DNA of 64,000 nt from Mustelus asterias. Taxonomy: Eukaryota. The notes under the pieces were generated by a model. It worked only from the letters and a program-made list of their open reading frames with translations. It was not told where the DNA came from and did no database searches. The stretch's first letter is position 1. Every line of letters starts with the position of its first letter. A program made the translations under genes and the position numbers. The stretch lies in NCBI RefSeq assembly GCF_964213995.1, contig NW_027590123.1, positions 1,612,001-1,676,000 of the forward strand, given 5' to 3'. Positions 34,911 to 46,254 of the stretch are shown here, one piece after another.

Positions 34911-35517
34911 TGTAGGCGGGCATAAATTTTGTGGGTATTAGGATTAGAATATTTCTTAAACTGTAACTCGATAAATGAAGCAAAACAGGACAGCATTCAG
35001 CCAGAAAGGTGTGAGTAAGGTAAGCAGACATATTTTAAACACAGAAACCAGGTTGACAAAGACTCAGGAACTCGCATCAATATGCTATTCAGAAAATATC
35101 TTGAGACCTGGAAAACTTCCTGACATCCCATCAAACACCCATTGTCCAAAGGAATTCAGAGACATAAAGCAATTATCACACTCTTAAACCAAACTTTACA
35201 TATTAAAACTCTAGACCAGAAAACCCATTAACGGGATAACTATAAAAGAAAACCATTTACACATCAAACTCCACACCCACAAACCTATTGAAACAGGATG
35301 ATTATATCAGGAAACCACTCACAAACCATTTACATATCAAAACAGATCGTTACTATAACTGTACTCCGTTTTGGCAGGCAAGCAGAGTACTTTACGGGAC
35401 TGTCTTGTCTGTGTCCTGATTGTACCTCCGTCGACGTAAAACACTATAATAAACTGTGCTGCTATCGATCTTGGCTCTGGGTGCGAGTGGTGTGGTATCT
35501 GTTCACTCGCGCTAACA
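34911..35517 (+). repeat. 3' LTR (607 bp)
   Basis: Direct repeat of 25915-26521. Confidence 0.97.
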
Positions 35518-36861
35518 ATATCAATATTTAATCTTTCTCATCATTAGACTTTAAATTTCAGACTGATATTAACTTCAAATTCCACCACAAGCCGTGGCGG
35601 GATTTGAACCTGCGTTTCCAGAGCATTGTCCTGAGTCTCACCCCAAGATGCCCTTCCAACCACACATCTGTGCCATCTCCAAGAATGGGTTTCCACTGGT
35701 GACGGGACTGAGACCTCACACCATAAAATACAATTGATATTGATAACGGATATTGGTAACAACTTCAAAACTGGACACAGACCTTTTTAAAATCCTGAAA
35801 TTATGTCTGTCTGTGATTTCTGAACAAAGGGAAATATCTGGTTGGAGCATGGAAACACACACTTCATCATCCCTGAAGAGACGTTGTAATTCTGGATTGT
35901 GGAACCATGTGCAACACAATTGTTTTCTGTGATCTCTGCTCTGTAAGTCTTTCCTTTCTCTGTCCAACATTTCTGTATGAATACAAAGGGTCAATGCTGA
36001 GACCCTCTTGTTGCATTTTCATTAAATGAATGTAAATAAACAAACCATTTGAGTTCACCCTGCCTCAAGGGGTTGGGAAATATGCCCCCACTTATACAGG
36101 AGTAGTGAAACCAAAAAACTTATTTCAGTTCACGGAGAGCTGGCGAGAGGAAAAATCAATGTGGTTTTAATTAACTCAATTCCTGTTCCGAACGAATCCT
36201 CGTAACATCGCTTAACATGACGCTGCCTCAGCTCCTGTTCCTGAATCTTTCATTTGTTCCTTTATTTCCTTGAGACTTGGCTGACCAGCCTCCCACAGTC
36301 AACCCATGGTAAATTTGAAGCTATCTAAATTCCTCTACTCACTGACTTACACAGGTTCTGATTAAAGAGCAAATCAACTTAAAATTTGCATTCTTAATTT
36401 CGCATCCCTTCATGACACACTTACATTCGGGTTCTGATGAATTGAGGGAATCCGTCAAGTTCCAATCTGATGTTTGGTTTGATTTTTAATGTTGATCTTC
36501 TAATAGCCCGTAAAAACAAAAGAAGTCAACATCGTCAGAACAGGATATAAATTGAGAAGATACATACATATCTCTTGGTGTGAGTTCTGTGTGTCTAAAT
36601 GCTCCCCTTCTAATCCCATGTAAAACGTATTTCCAAAAGCCATCAGTGAGAGTCAATATTTTTATTTATCAACGAGCTTACAAAGACAAAATACATTACA
36701 CTTTCAAATTACAAACCAGAATACAATATCAAACCACATTAATAAATTATAGACAAAACACACAATATAACAGCGTATCAATAATAAACATGTCATTTTT
36801 AATACAATAGTACAAACAACAAAGCACAATAACAACCAGCGAGAATGCATTGCGAGTATCC

Positions 36862-37160
36862 ACAATGGACTCTATTGTAACTTATAATGGACTATTTGGT
36901 AACATACTATGGACTCTGTTGTAACTTACCATGGACTCTATGGTAACTTACAATGGACAATGGACTCTATGGTAACTTACAATGTACTCTATTGTAACTT
37001 ACAATGGACTCGATGGAAACTTACAATGCACGCTATGGTCACTGACAATGGACTCCATTGTAACTTACAATGGACTCTATTGTAAGTTACCATAGAGTCC
37101 ATTGTATGTAACAATCGAGTCCATTGTAAGTTACAATAGAGTACATTGTAAGTACATTGT
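36862..37160. repeat. ~22-bp minisatellite (caatggactctattgtaactta) that switches orientation at ~37086
   Basis: Direct units to ~37085, reverse-complement units afterwards. Confidence 0.85.
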
Positions 37161-37594
37161 ACATTGCACGCAGATGCAAATCTAAGCATAAAACAGGGAC
37201 TGTCATGTGCGAGGAATGTGATCATTTAAATTTTTCTACTTGATAGAATTTTAATTGTAGGTTCAAGTAGTGCAGGGTCATCGAGAGGTGCATAAAGTGT
37301 TTTACCATAGGTGCATTCCCAATGGCTGGGATTGAAACCAGGCAACTGCAATCATTTAAGAAAGTTAGACATGATGATGGGGAAACAATAGGAGCAGTTC
37401 TCTGGTAAGTTGAGATGCAAAATGTTTTCTTCATGTGAGTTTATCTTGACGTTGATGCATCATTCAGTACAGCACATATATGTTAGCTGATGGTATTAGC
37501 TATACCTAAAATTACTGAACACAACAAACAAAAGCCACACTAAAAGGACAGTAACGCAGGTTATGAGTCGTGGCTGCTACGTTTCTCAACCTCA

Positions 37595-37795
37595 TTTCCT
37601 TGCCTTTTTCCCGTATCCTCTGATCCCCTTAAAACTCGAACCTATCGAATCAGTCACCTGACCTCCACAGTCTTCTGTGGTAATGATTTACAACGATTCA
37701 CCACCTACTGGTAGCAGAAATTCTTCCTCATCTCTGTTCTAAAGGGTCGTCCATTTACTTTGAGGCTGTGCTCTCGGATCCTAGTCTCTCCTGCT
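37595..37795 (-). mobile_element. CR1-clade LINE 3' fragment
   Basis: Matches the 3' ends of the other LINEs (ttcctcatctctgttctaaagggtcgtcc). Confidence 0.75.
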
Positions 37796-38413
37796 CACAG
37801 AATCGGCTTCTCCAACTCCGCACTGTTTCCAAAGTCTTGGTGTTCTCTCGACTTGGTCATACCCAGGATTTGAACAGAGAATTCTGGCAATGATGTCCGC
37901 ACGTTTAGCATCATTTTACGATATAAATAGGAAACGTAAGAAAGATAGTGTTTACAGAGCACCAATTCAGAATTCATGGGCAGCATTTCCGTCTTGTCAT
38001 ATATTGGAGTGAACCCTGAATCGACTCAACAGCCAAATGTGAACTTGCAACAAACAACATTTGTCACAAGAGGGAGCCAAATTCAAACCCGGTTTTGGGT
38101 CTGCGGAGGGGAGGTGGAGGACGCGGGGGTAGGGGTGGGGGTAGGGTGGAAGTGGTGAGGTGTCATAATCTCATGTGACATTACTACTCGAGCCTGTATG
38201 GATGGTAGAGTGGTGAGGTCACAATAGACTGCCCCTTCCCCTCCCCAGAATCGCACCCACACAGACAAACTGACACACACACTCACTCACACGTTGCAAT
38301 CAACGGAACAGAGCTTGGGTTCCCTCTCTCTTTCTCAATCTCTGACTCCGTCCATTCTCATTCACTGAAAGATATTCAGTCAGACATATTTCTGATCTTT
38401 CTGACCTTCACAG

Positions 38414-38706
38414 GCGGACTGTGTGCAGATCCAGTAACGCAGTCACCGGTGACAATGGCCGCGTCAGAAGGGGATTCGGTGCAGTTAGATTGTAAATATA
38501 CAGAGAAGAGTATGGACTACATGCAATGGTATCAGCAAAAACCGGCACAGGCACCAAGATGGATTATTACCAAAACATTAGTACTGAAAGAAAATAAAGT
38601 TTCAGGACGATATCTGGCGGCTTCTGACACGTCTAACCAGAATGGTTACCTCAACATCAGCGCCCTCATTGTGGAGGACGGGGCGGTCTATTACTGTGCA
38701 GTGAGG
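38414..38706 (+). CDS. TCR alpha-type V exon, open and apparently intact (V2); leader exon not located
   Basis: cacAG|GC GGA CTG TGT GCA, then DPVTQSPVTMAASEGDSVQLDC..MQWYQQKPAQAP..LNISALIVEDGAVYYCAVR; both conserved Cys and the Trp are present. Confidence 0.92.
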
Positions 38707-38745
38707 CACAGCGTAACATTACAGCTAAAACCCCGTTCAAAAAGC
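38707..38745 (+). other. 23-RSS of V2
   Basis: CACAGCG (38707-38713), 23 nt, TCAAAAAGC (38737-38745). Confidence 0.92.
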
Positions 38746-39119
38746 TCAGCGAGTATTTACAGCTCTATGTTCTTATGTACTAAATTTCCTTCTGCGAGCA
38801 TGGCTTGATCCCGGGTTTAAAAAGTTAGTGAGGTCCATTTAACAGTTTTTTTCTGTTCTTGTTGAGATTCAGAAAGAAGGAGTTTGGAAAATCTCGGGAC
38901 TAAACAAAATCTGCGGTTTATATGGTAAAATTTAACGCGGAACATTTAACACCCAGCTGAGAGATGTAATCAGAAGTGGAGTTAACAGCAGAAAATTAAA
39001 GGCTGTTCTTCCAGACTTTTATCTCAGACGAGTCCAAGGATCCTGACTCCACGGCACTCGTTCCTGTAATGAAATACAGAATGGTCTCTGGTACTTAAAA
39101 ATGGGATGTAGAATAACAG

Positions 39120-39235
39120 CCTCAGAGACTCCCCAGCGACACGACGATTATTATCAATCCGGAACACACAGACTCGCCCAGCAACATGACTGTTATTATC
39201 AGTCTGGGACACACTGACTCACCCAGCAACACGAC
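39120..39235. repeat. ~42-bp tandem repeat, about 3 copies
   Basis: gactc(n)ccagcaacacgac..ttattatca recurs. Confidence 0.65.
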
Positions 39236-39710
39236 TAACATAGTTAATCACCATCTGAAACATGTCTAATAGTAGTGTGTGCTCAAAAAGGCAAAAACGA
39301 ATGATACTGTAACAGAACTAGAGGATCTTGCGCACATTTTCCAGAAGAACCTTTTTAAAAATTGTTCTTCATAACAAATAAAAAGGAAAAACCACTCAGG
39401 CAGATGAGGAAATTGAGTCTCAGTGCAGATTTAGGGGACTTTTCTATAGATGGCCGGAATTTATGCGCCTGAATGTTTCACACCCAGAATAAAAACGGCT
39501 CGAATATAACCAGCAGATACTTCTTCAGTCGCTTCCATTTGAAAATAGTTGACTTTGTTTAAAAGCTGACTGCGGTCAATCTCAAATAAACACCATGGGA
39601 TCTATATTACCCGGTGACTCGATATCGTCTGTTGGCCAATTATGTTTGCAATTCAGTGATACTCAATTTCAGAGATATTCAATTCATAATGAGGACATGT
39701 GTGTTCAATA
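39235..39710 (-). repeat. Inverted partial copy of the tRNA-array spacer
   Basis: Reverse complement matches ~12460-12935 and ~21015-21480 (aaacaaagtcaac, ttccggccatc, ctactattagacatgtttcagatggtgattaac). Confidence 0.85.
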
Positions 39711-39719
39711 ACGTATTGT

Positions 39720-40420
39720 CGATGCCTCCATTTCACACTTTTAGACATTGTATTCCATTTGCCACTTCTTTGTGCACTCTCCGAACCTGTCCAAGTCCTT
39801 GTGCAGCCCCCCTGCATCCTCAATACTATCTGTCCCTCTGCATATCTTTGTATCATCTGCAAAATTAGCAAACGTTCCTTCAGTTCCTTCTTCCAAATCG
39901 TTAATGAATATTGTGAAACGTTGTGGTCCCAGCACCGATCCCTGAGGCACACCACTAGTCACCAGCTGCCATCCTGAAAAAGATATCTTTATCCCCGCTC
40001 TCTGCCTTCTGCCAGTCAGCCAATCCTCTATCCATGCCAGGATCTTACCCTTAACAACATGGGCTCTTAACTTATTTAACAGTCTCCTATGTGGCACCTT
40101 GTCAAAGGCCTTTTTGAAAATTCAAATAAATGGTCCACTGGTGCTCCTTTTTCTAACTTCCTTGTTACCTCCTCAATGAACTCTTACAGCTTTCCCAGAC
40201 CTGAGCTCCCCTTAACAAAGCCGGGCTGACTCAGTCCTACTTTATCATGCACTTCCAAGTACTCTGAGATCTCATCTTTAATGTCAAACTCTAAAATCTT
40301 GCCAATGAACGCAGTCAGGCTAACCGCCCATAAGGTCCCGCCTGCTGCCTCCCTCCCTTCTTAAACAGTGGTGTTACATTAGCTACTTTCCAGTCCTCTG
40401 GGACACTCCCTGCCTCCACG
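39720..40420 (-). mobile_element. CR1-clade LINE RT fragment
   Basis: GVPQGSVLGP, FADDTK in ORF 39741-40097. Confidence 0.85.
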
Positions 40421-40424
40421 GATA

Positions 40425-43400
40425 AACATAAGAACCAAAGGAAAATAAGAAATAGGAGCAGGAGTAGGCCATCTCGCCCCTCAAGCCTGCTCCGCCATTC
40501 AATAAGATCATGGTTGATCTGATAGTGGGTTCAGTTCCACTTACCCGCCCTCTCCCCATAACCCTTAATTCCCTTAATAGTTAAAAAACTATCTATCTGT
40601 GACTTATACACATTTAACGAGGTAACTTCTACTGCTTCATTGGACAGAGAATACCAGAGATTCACCACCCTCTGGGAGAAGACGTTCCTCCTCAACTCTG
40701 TTCTAAATTGACTCCCCCATATTTTGAGGCTATGCCGCCTAGTTCTTGTTTCCATTGTAAGTGGAAATAACCTCGCTGCTTCTACCCTGTCTAGCCCCTT
40801 CATTATCTTATATGTCTCTATAAGATCTCCCCTCAACCTTCTAAACTCCAATGAGTACAGGCCCAGTCTACTCAATCTCTCCTCATAAGCTAACCCCCTC
40901 ATCTCCGGAATCAAACTGGTGAACATTCTCTGTACCCCCTCCAAAGCTTATATATCCTTTCTTATAGGAGTATAGTGAATAAACAACTAGCTAAAGGAGG
41001 AGAGGGCTTGGGAGATGTTAGTAGCGCTTCAGCAAACCGGGTCCAGATAAAGGCTGGCATAAAGACACTTTGCCTGAATGCACGAAGCATTCGAAACAAA
41101 GTAAATGAGTTGATGGCACAAATCCATACAAATGAATATGATCTAGTGTCCATCACACAAACGTGGTTGCAGGGTGACCGGAACTGGGAACTGAATATAC
41201 AGGGTTATCAGGCATTTAGGAAGGATAGACAGGTAGAAAAAGGAGGTGGGGTAGCTTTGTTAATAAAGGATAATATCAGGACGGTAGTGAGAGACGACAT
41301 CGGCTCTAAGGAGCAAAACGTGGAATCGTTGTGGGTGGAGATAAGGAATAGTAGGGGGAGAAAGAGACTGGTTGGCGTGGTCTATAGGCCCTCAAATAAT
41401 AACTTAGAGGTGGGGAGGGCTATAAACAAGCAAATAATGGATGCGTGCAAAAGTGGAACGGCAATAATCATGGGGGATTTTAACCTACATATTGATTGGT
41501 CGACTCAAATTGGACGTGGAGGGCTTGAGGAAGAGTTCTTGGAATGCTGTCGGGATTGTTTCATTGAACAGTATGTTACAGAACCTACGAGAGAGCGAGC
41601 TATCTTGGATCTGGTTCTGTGCAATGAGACAGGTAGGATTAAGCATCTTCTTGCGAAGGATCCTCTTGTGATGAGTGATCATAATATGGTGGAATTTCTG
41701 TTACAGATGGAGGGTGAGAAAGTAGGGTCCGAAACCAGTGTCCTCTGCTTGAAAAGAGGAGAATACGATAGGATGAGGGTGGAATTGGCTAATGTAGACT
41801 GGGCGAGCAGACTGGTAGGTAGGACAGCTGAGGAACAGTGGAGGATTTTTAAGGAGATTTTTTTAAGTACTCAGCAAAAATATATTCCGGTGATAAAGAA
41901 GGACTGTACGAAAAAGGATAACCGGACGTGGATAACGAAGGAAATAAAGGAGAGTATTAAAATAAAATCAGATGCGTACAGAGTGCCCAAAAATAGTGGA
42001 GAATTAGTGGATTGGGAAAGCTTTAAAGAAAAACAAAGAACGACTACGAAAGCGATTAAGAAAGGAAAGATAGATTATGAAACTAAACTAGCTCAAAATA
42101 TAAAAAATTATAGTAAAAGTTTTTACAAGTATATAAAAAGGAATAGAGTGGCTAGAGTGAATGTTGGACCCTTGGAAGATGAGAGGGGGCATTTAATAGT
42201 GGAAAACGAGGAAATGGCTGAGACTTTAAATAAGTTCTTTGTGTCGGTCTTCACGGTGGAAGACACAAATAGTTTGCCGAATATTAGAGATCGAGAGTTG
42301 GTGGGAGGGGAGGTCCTTAATACAATTACTGTTACTAAGGAGGTGGTGCTTGGTAGACTAATAGGACTGAAGGTAGACAAGTCCCCGGGCTCGGATGAAA
42401 TGCATCTCAGGGTACTGAAAGAAATGGCTGAGGTAATTGCAGATGCGTTAGAAGTAATTTATCAAAATTCGCTGGACTCTGGGGTAGTGCCGGCTGACTG
42501 GAAAACAGCTACTGTTACGCCGCTGTTTAAAAAAGGAAATAGACAAAAGGCGGGAAACTACAGGCCGGTTAGCTTAACGTCCGTAGTTGGGAGGATGCTA
42601 GAGTCCATTATTAAAGAGGAAATAACAGAGCACCTGAATAAGAATGGTTCGATCAAGCAGACGCAGCATGGATTCATGAAGGGAAAGTCGTGTTTGACGA
42701 ATCTACTGGACTTTTATGAAGATGTCACTAGTGCGGTTGACAGAGGGGAACCGGTGGATGTGGTGTTTTTAGATTTTCAGAAGGCGTTCGATAAGGTGCC
42801 TCACAAAAGGTTGCTGCAGAAGATTGGGGTACACGGAGTTAGGGGTAAGGTGTTGGCTTGGATTGGGGATTGGCTTTCTAACAGGCAGCAGAGAGTTGGG
42901 ATAAATGGGTGCTTTTCTGGTTGGCAGTTGGTGACCAGTGGCGTGCCGCAGGGATCGGTGCTGGGGCCTCAATTGTTTACCACTTACATAGATGATCTGG
43001 AGAAGGGGACTGAATCTAGGTTATTCAAGTTTGCTGATGACACGAAGGTGAGTGGGAAAGCGAATTGCGTGGAGGACGCGGAAAGTCTGCAGAGAGATTT
43101 GGATAGGCTGAGCGAGTGGGCGAGGATCTGGCAGATGGAATGTAACGTTAGCAAATGTGAGGTTATCCACTTTGGAAGAAATAATAGTAAATTGGAATAT
43201 TATTTAAATGGAGAAAAATTACATCGTGCGACTATGCAGAGGGACCTGGGGTTCCTTGTGCACGAATCGCAAAAACTCAGTCTGCAGGTGCAGCAGGTGA
43301 TCAAGAAGGCGAATGGAATGTTGGCCTTTATCGCGAGGGAGACAGAATATAAAAGCAGGGAAGTCTTGCTGCAACTGTACAAGGCACTGGTGAGGCCGCA

Positions 43401-45570
43401 ACTGGAGTACTGTGTGCAGTTTTGGTCCCCTTATTTGCGAAAGGATATATTGGCCTTGGAGGGAGGTTGATACCGGAGATGAGGGGTTTTGCTTATGAGG
43501 AGAGATTAAACAGATTGGGTCTGTACTCGTTGGAGTTTAGAAGGATGAGGGGTGATCTTATAGAGACATATAAGATAATAAAGGGGCTGGATAGGGTACA
43601 GGTGGAGAGATTCTTTCCACTTAGAAGGGAAACCAGAACTGGAGGGCACAGCCTCAAAATAAGGGGGGGCCGGTTCAGAACAGAGTTGAGGGGAAACTTC
43701 TTCTCTCAGAGGGTAGTGAATCTCTGGAATTCTCTGCCCATTGAAGTGGTGGAGGCTTCCTCGTTGAATATGTTTAAATCACGGGTAAATAGTTTTCTGA
43801 TCGATAAGGGAATTAGGGGATATGGGGAGCAGGCGGGTAAGTGGAACTGATTCGCTTCCGATCAGCCATGATCTTGTTGAATGGCGGGGCTGGCTCGAAG
43901 GGCCAGATGGCCTACTCCTGCTCCTATTTCTTATGTTCTTATGTTCTTAAATAAGGGGACCAAAACTGTACACAGTACTCTCGGTGCGGCCTCTCCAGTA
44001 CTCTGTACAGTTGCAGCATGACCTCCCTGCTTTTATACTCCATCCCTCTCACGATAAAGGCCAACATTCCATTTGCCTTCTTGATTACCTGCTGCACCTG
44101 CAAACTGAGTTTGTGTGATTCATGCACAAGGACCTCCAGGTCCCTCTGCACAGTAGCATGTTGTAATTTTTCACCGTTTAAATAATAGTCTATTTTGCTA
44201 TTATTCCTTCCAAAGTGTATAACCTCACACTTACCAACGTTATACTCCATCTGCCAGATCCTTGCCCACTCACTTAGCCTATCCAAATCTCTCTTCCGAC
44301 TCTCTGTGTCCTCCACGCAATTTGCTTTCCCACTCATCTTTGTCTCATCCGCAAACTTTGTTACCCGACTCTCAGTCCCCTCCTCCAGGTCGTCTATGTA
44401 TATGGCAAATAGTTGAGGTCCCAGCACCGATCCCTGCAGCACGCCACTTGTCACTGATTGCCAACCGGAAAAGCTCCCATTTATTCCGACACTCTGCTTT
44501 CTGTTATATAGCCAGTCCTCAATCCACGCCAACACTTTTTCCCCCAATTCCGTGTACCTTTATCTTATGCAGCAATCTTTTGCTTGTTTGCTCTCCTTGA
44601 CTTCCCACGTCGGCCATGGATGCTTCGTCTTCCCTTTAGCATGTTTCCTCCTCCTTGGGATGAATTTCTGTTGTGCCTCCCGAATAACACCCCAAAACTC
44701 CTGCCATTGCTGTTCCACTGTCTTCCCTGCTAGGCTCCCTTTCCAATCAACTCTGGCCAGCTCGTCCCTCATGTCTTTGCAGTTACCTTTATTTCATTGT
44801 AATATCGTTGCATCTGAGTCCAGCTTCTTCCTCTCAAACTACAGGGTAAATTCTATCATATTGTCGTCACTGCTCCCTCAGGGTTACTGCACCTTCAGTT
44901 CCCTAATCAAGTCTGCCTCATGACACATCACCAACTCCAGAATTCCCAGTTCCCCAGCAGGCTCAGTCACAAGGTGCTGCAAAAAAGCATCTCTGAGACA
45001 TTCCACAAATTCCTTTTCTTCGGATCCACTACCCACCGGCTTTTCCCAGTCCACCTGCATATTGAAGTCCCTCATGATTATTGTAATATTGCCATTTTAG
45101 ATGCCTTTTCTATCTCCAGATTTATTTTCTGCCTCTCATCCTGACTACTGATTGGAGGCCTGTACATAACTCCCATCAGGATATTTTTACCATTGTTTTT
45201 CCTCAACTCTATCCACAGAGAGTCTATGCCTTCTGATCCTATATCAGTTCTTGCTTTTGATTTAACGCAATTCCTGATTAATATGCAACCCCGCCCCCTT
45301 TGCCCATCTGCCTGTCCTTCCGATAGGACACATATCCTTGGATATTTAGATGCCAGCCCTGATCCCCTTGCAGCCACGTCTCTGTGATGCCCACAACATC
45401 GTAGCGGCCAATTTTAATGTGCGCAACAAGCTCATTTACCTTGTTCAGTACACTGCACGCATTGAGGTACAACACCCTCAGTCCTGCATTGACCGCCCCC
45501 TTCCCATTTTTGAAACCTTTTTTGCTCTGCCGGAGGTTAGATTTCTGCCACTTTCTATACTCTGTTCTAT
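40425..45570 (-). mobile_element. CR1-clade LINE (ORF2, internally deleted), interrupted by 40965-43949
   Basis: APE 45601-44884, RT 44547-43950, C-terminus 40944-40531, tail near 40425-40450. Confidence 0.88.
40965..43949 (+). mobile_element. CR1-clade LINE with near-complete ORF2 (831-aa frame, frameshifting deletion near 43465), nested antisense
   Basis: CLNARS, GDFN, SDHN, PQGS, FADD; (TTCTTATG)n tail; TTCTTA shared at both junctions (40959-40964 / 43944-43949); close relative of the element at 16872-19664. Confidence 0.93.
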
Positions 45571-46254
45571 TATGTGGGAGGCCAGGGAGGCCTGGTGTCA
45601 ACAGCTCCTCAACTCATCGAGGGGACAGGGAACTCGGCATTGGTTACTGACGATGGTCGGGAAGACGATCAAACGTTGGTGGGTTCATCGAGGCCGTACT
45701 CGCCAGAGAGGATCTTAAAACTGGCTCCAGTCCCCAGGCATCAACCCCCAAGGGATTGTCATTCCCCCTGATCAGATCTATGTGAGATGGACGTAAGGAT
45801 GAGGAATGAACTATGGGCTGTATTATATTGTAAATATGCTGTGGATTCTGCATCAAGCCTGGATGAAGTAAATAGAGAAATATGTACAATTGTTTGTAAA
45901 TGGTTTCAAATGCCTTTCCTGTATAGGGGGAGCGGGGGGCGGGTGGGGGGGGGGGGCGGGGGGCAGTGGGGGGCGTGTCACGAGGGGGGTTATTATTTAG
46001 ACGGGACTTGTGTTATATATGTTGGGGCATTCCTTTAAGGGAACGGGCCATGTGATCTCAGGTGTGGGGTGAGCTGTTGGGATCCTCACAGAGTGGGCAG
46101 TCAATACTTGGAGTGTGGTGTGAACAGACGAAATAAAGAGTTGTGTCCCGACACCTGACTGTGGAGTCGATATTGAAGGGAATCCTCAGCACCACAGGAC
46201 ATAAACAAACCGTCTCGGTCCCAGTGCTGCACGACTCTACTAGTAGCTTGAATC

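Larger units (their letters stand above)
25915..35517 (+). mobile_element. Endogenous retrovirus, full-length provirus (LTR-PBS-gag-pro-pol-env-PPT-LTR); lokiretrovirus-like by Env architecture
   Basis: Paired 607-bp TG..CA LTRs, PBS, PPT, gag/pol/env in canonical order; pol has a tether plus RNase H, as in Retroviridae. Confidence 0.97.

Noticed and set aside
36217-36275. ATG-initiated hydrophobic peptide (MTLPQLLFLNLSFVPLFP) as the V2 leader
   Set aside because: Ends in TGA with no phase-1 GT donor.
45570-46200. Possible LTR-retroelement remnant (purine run, TGTCAC start, AATAAA)
   Set aside because: No partner LTR, TSD or coding motif could be established by eye.
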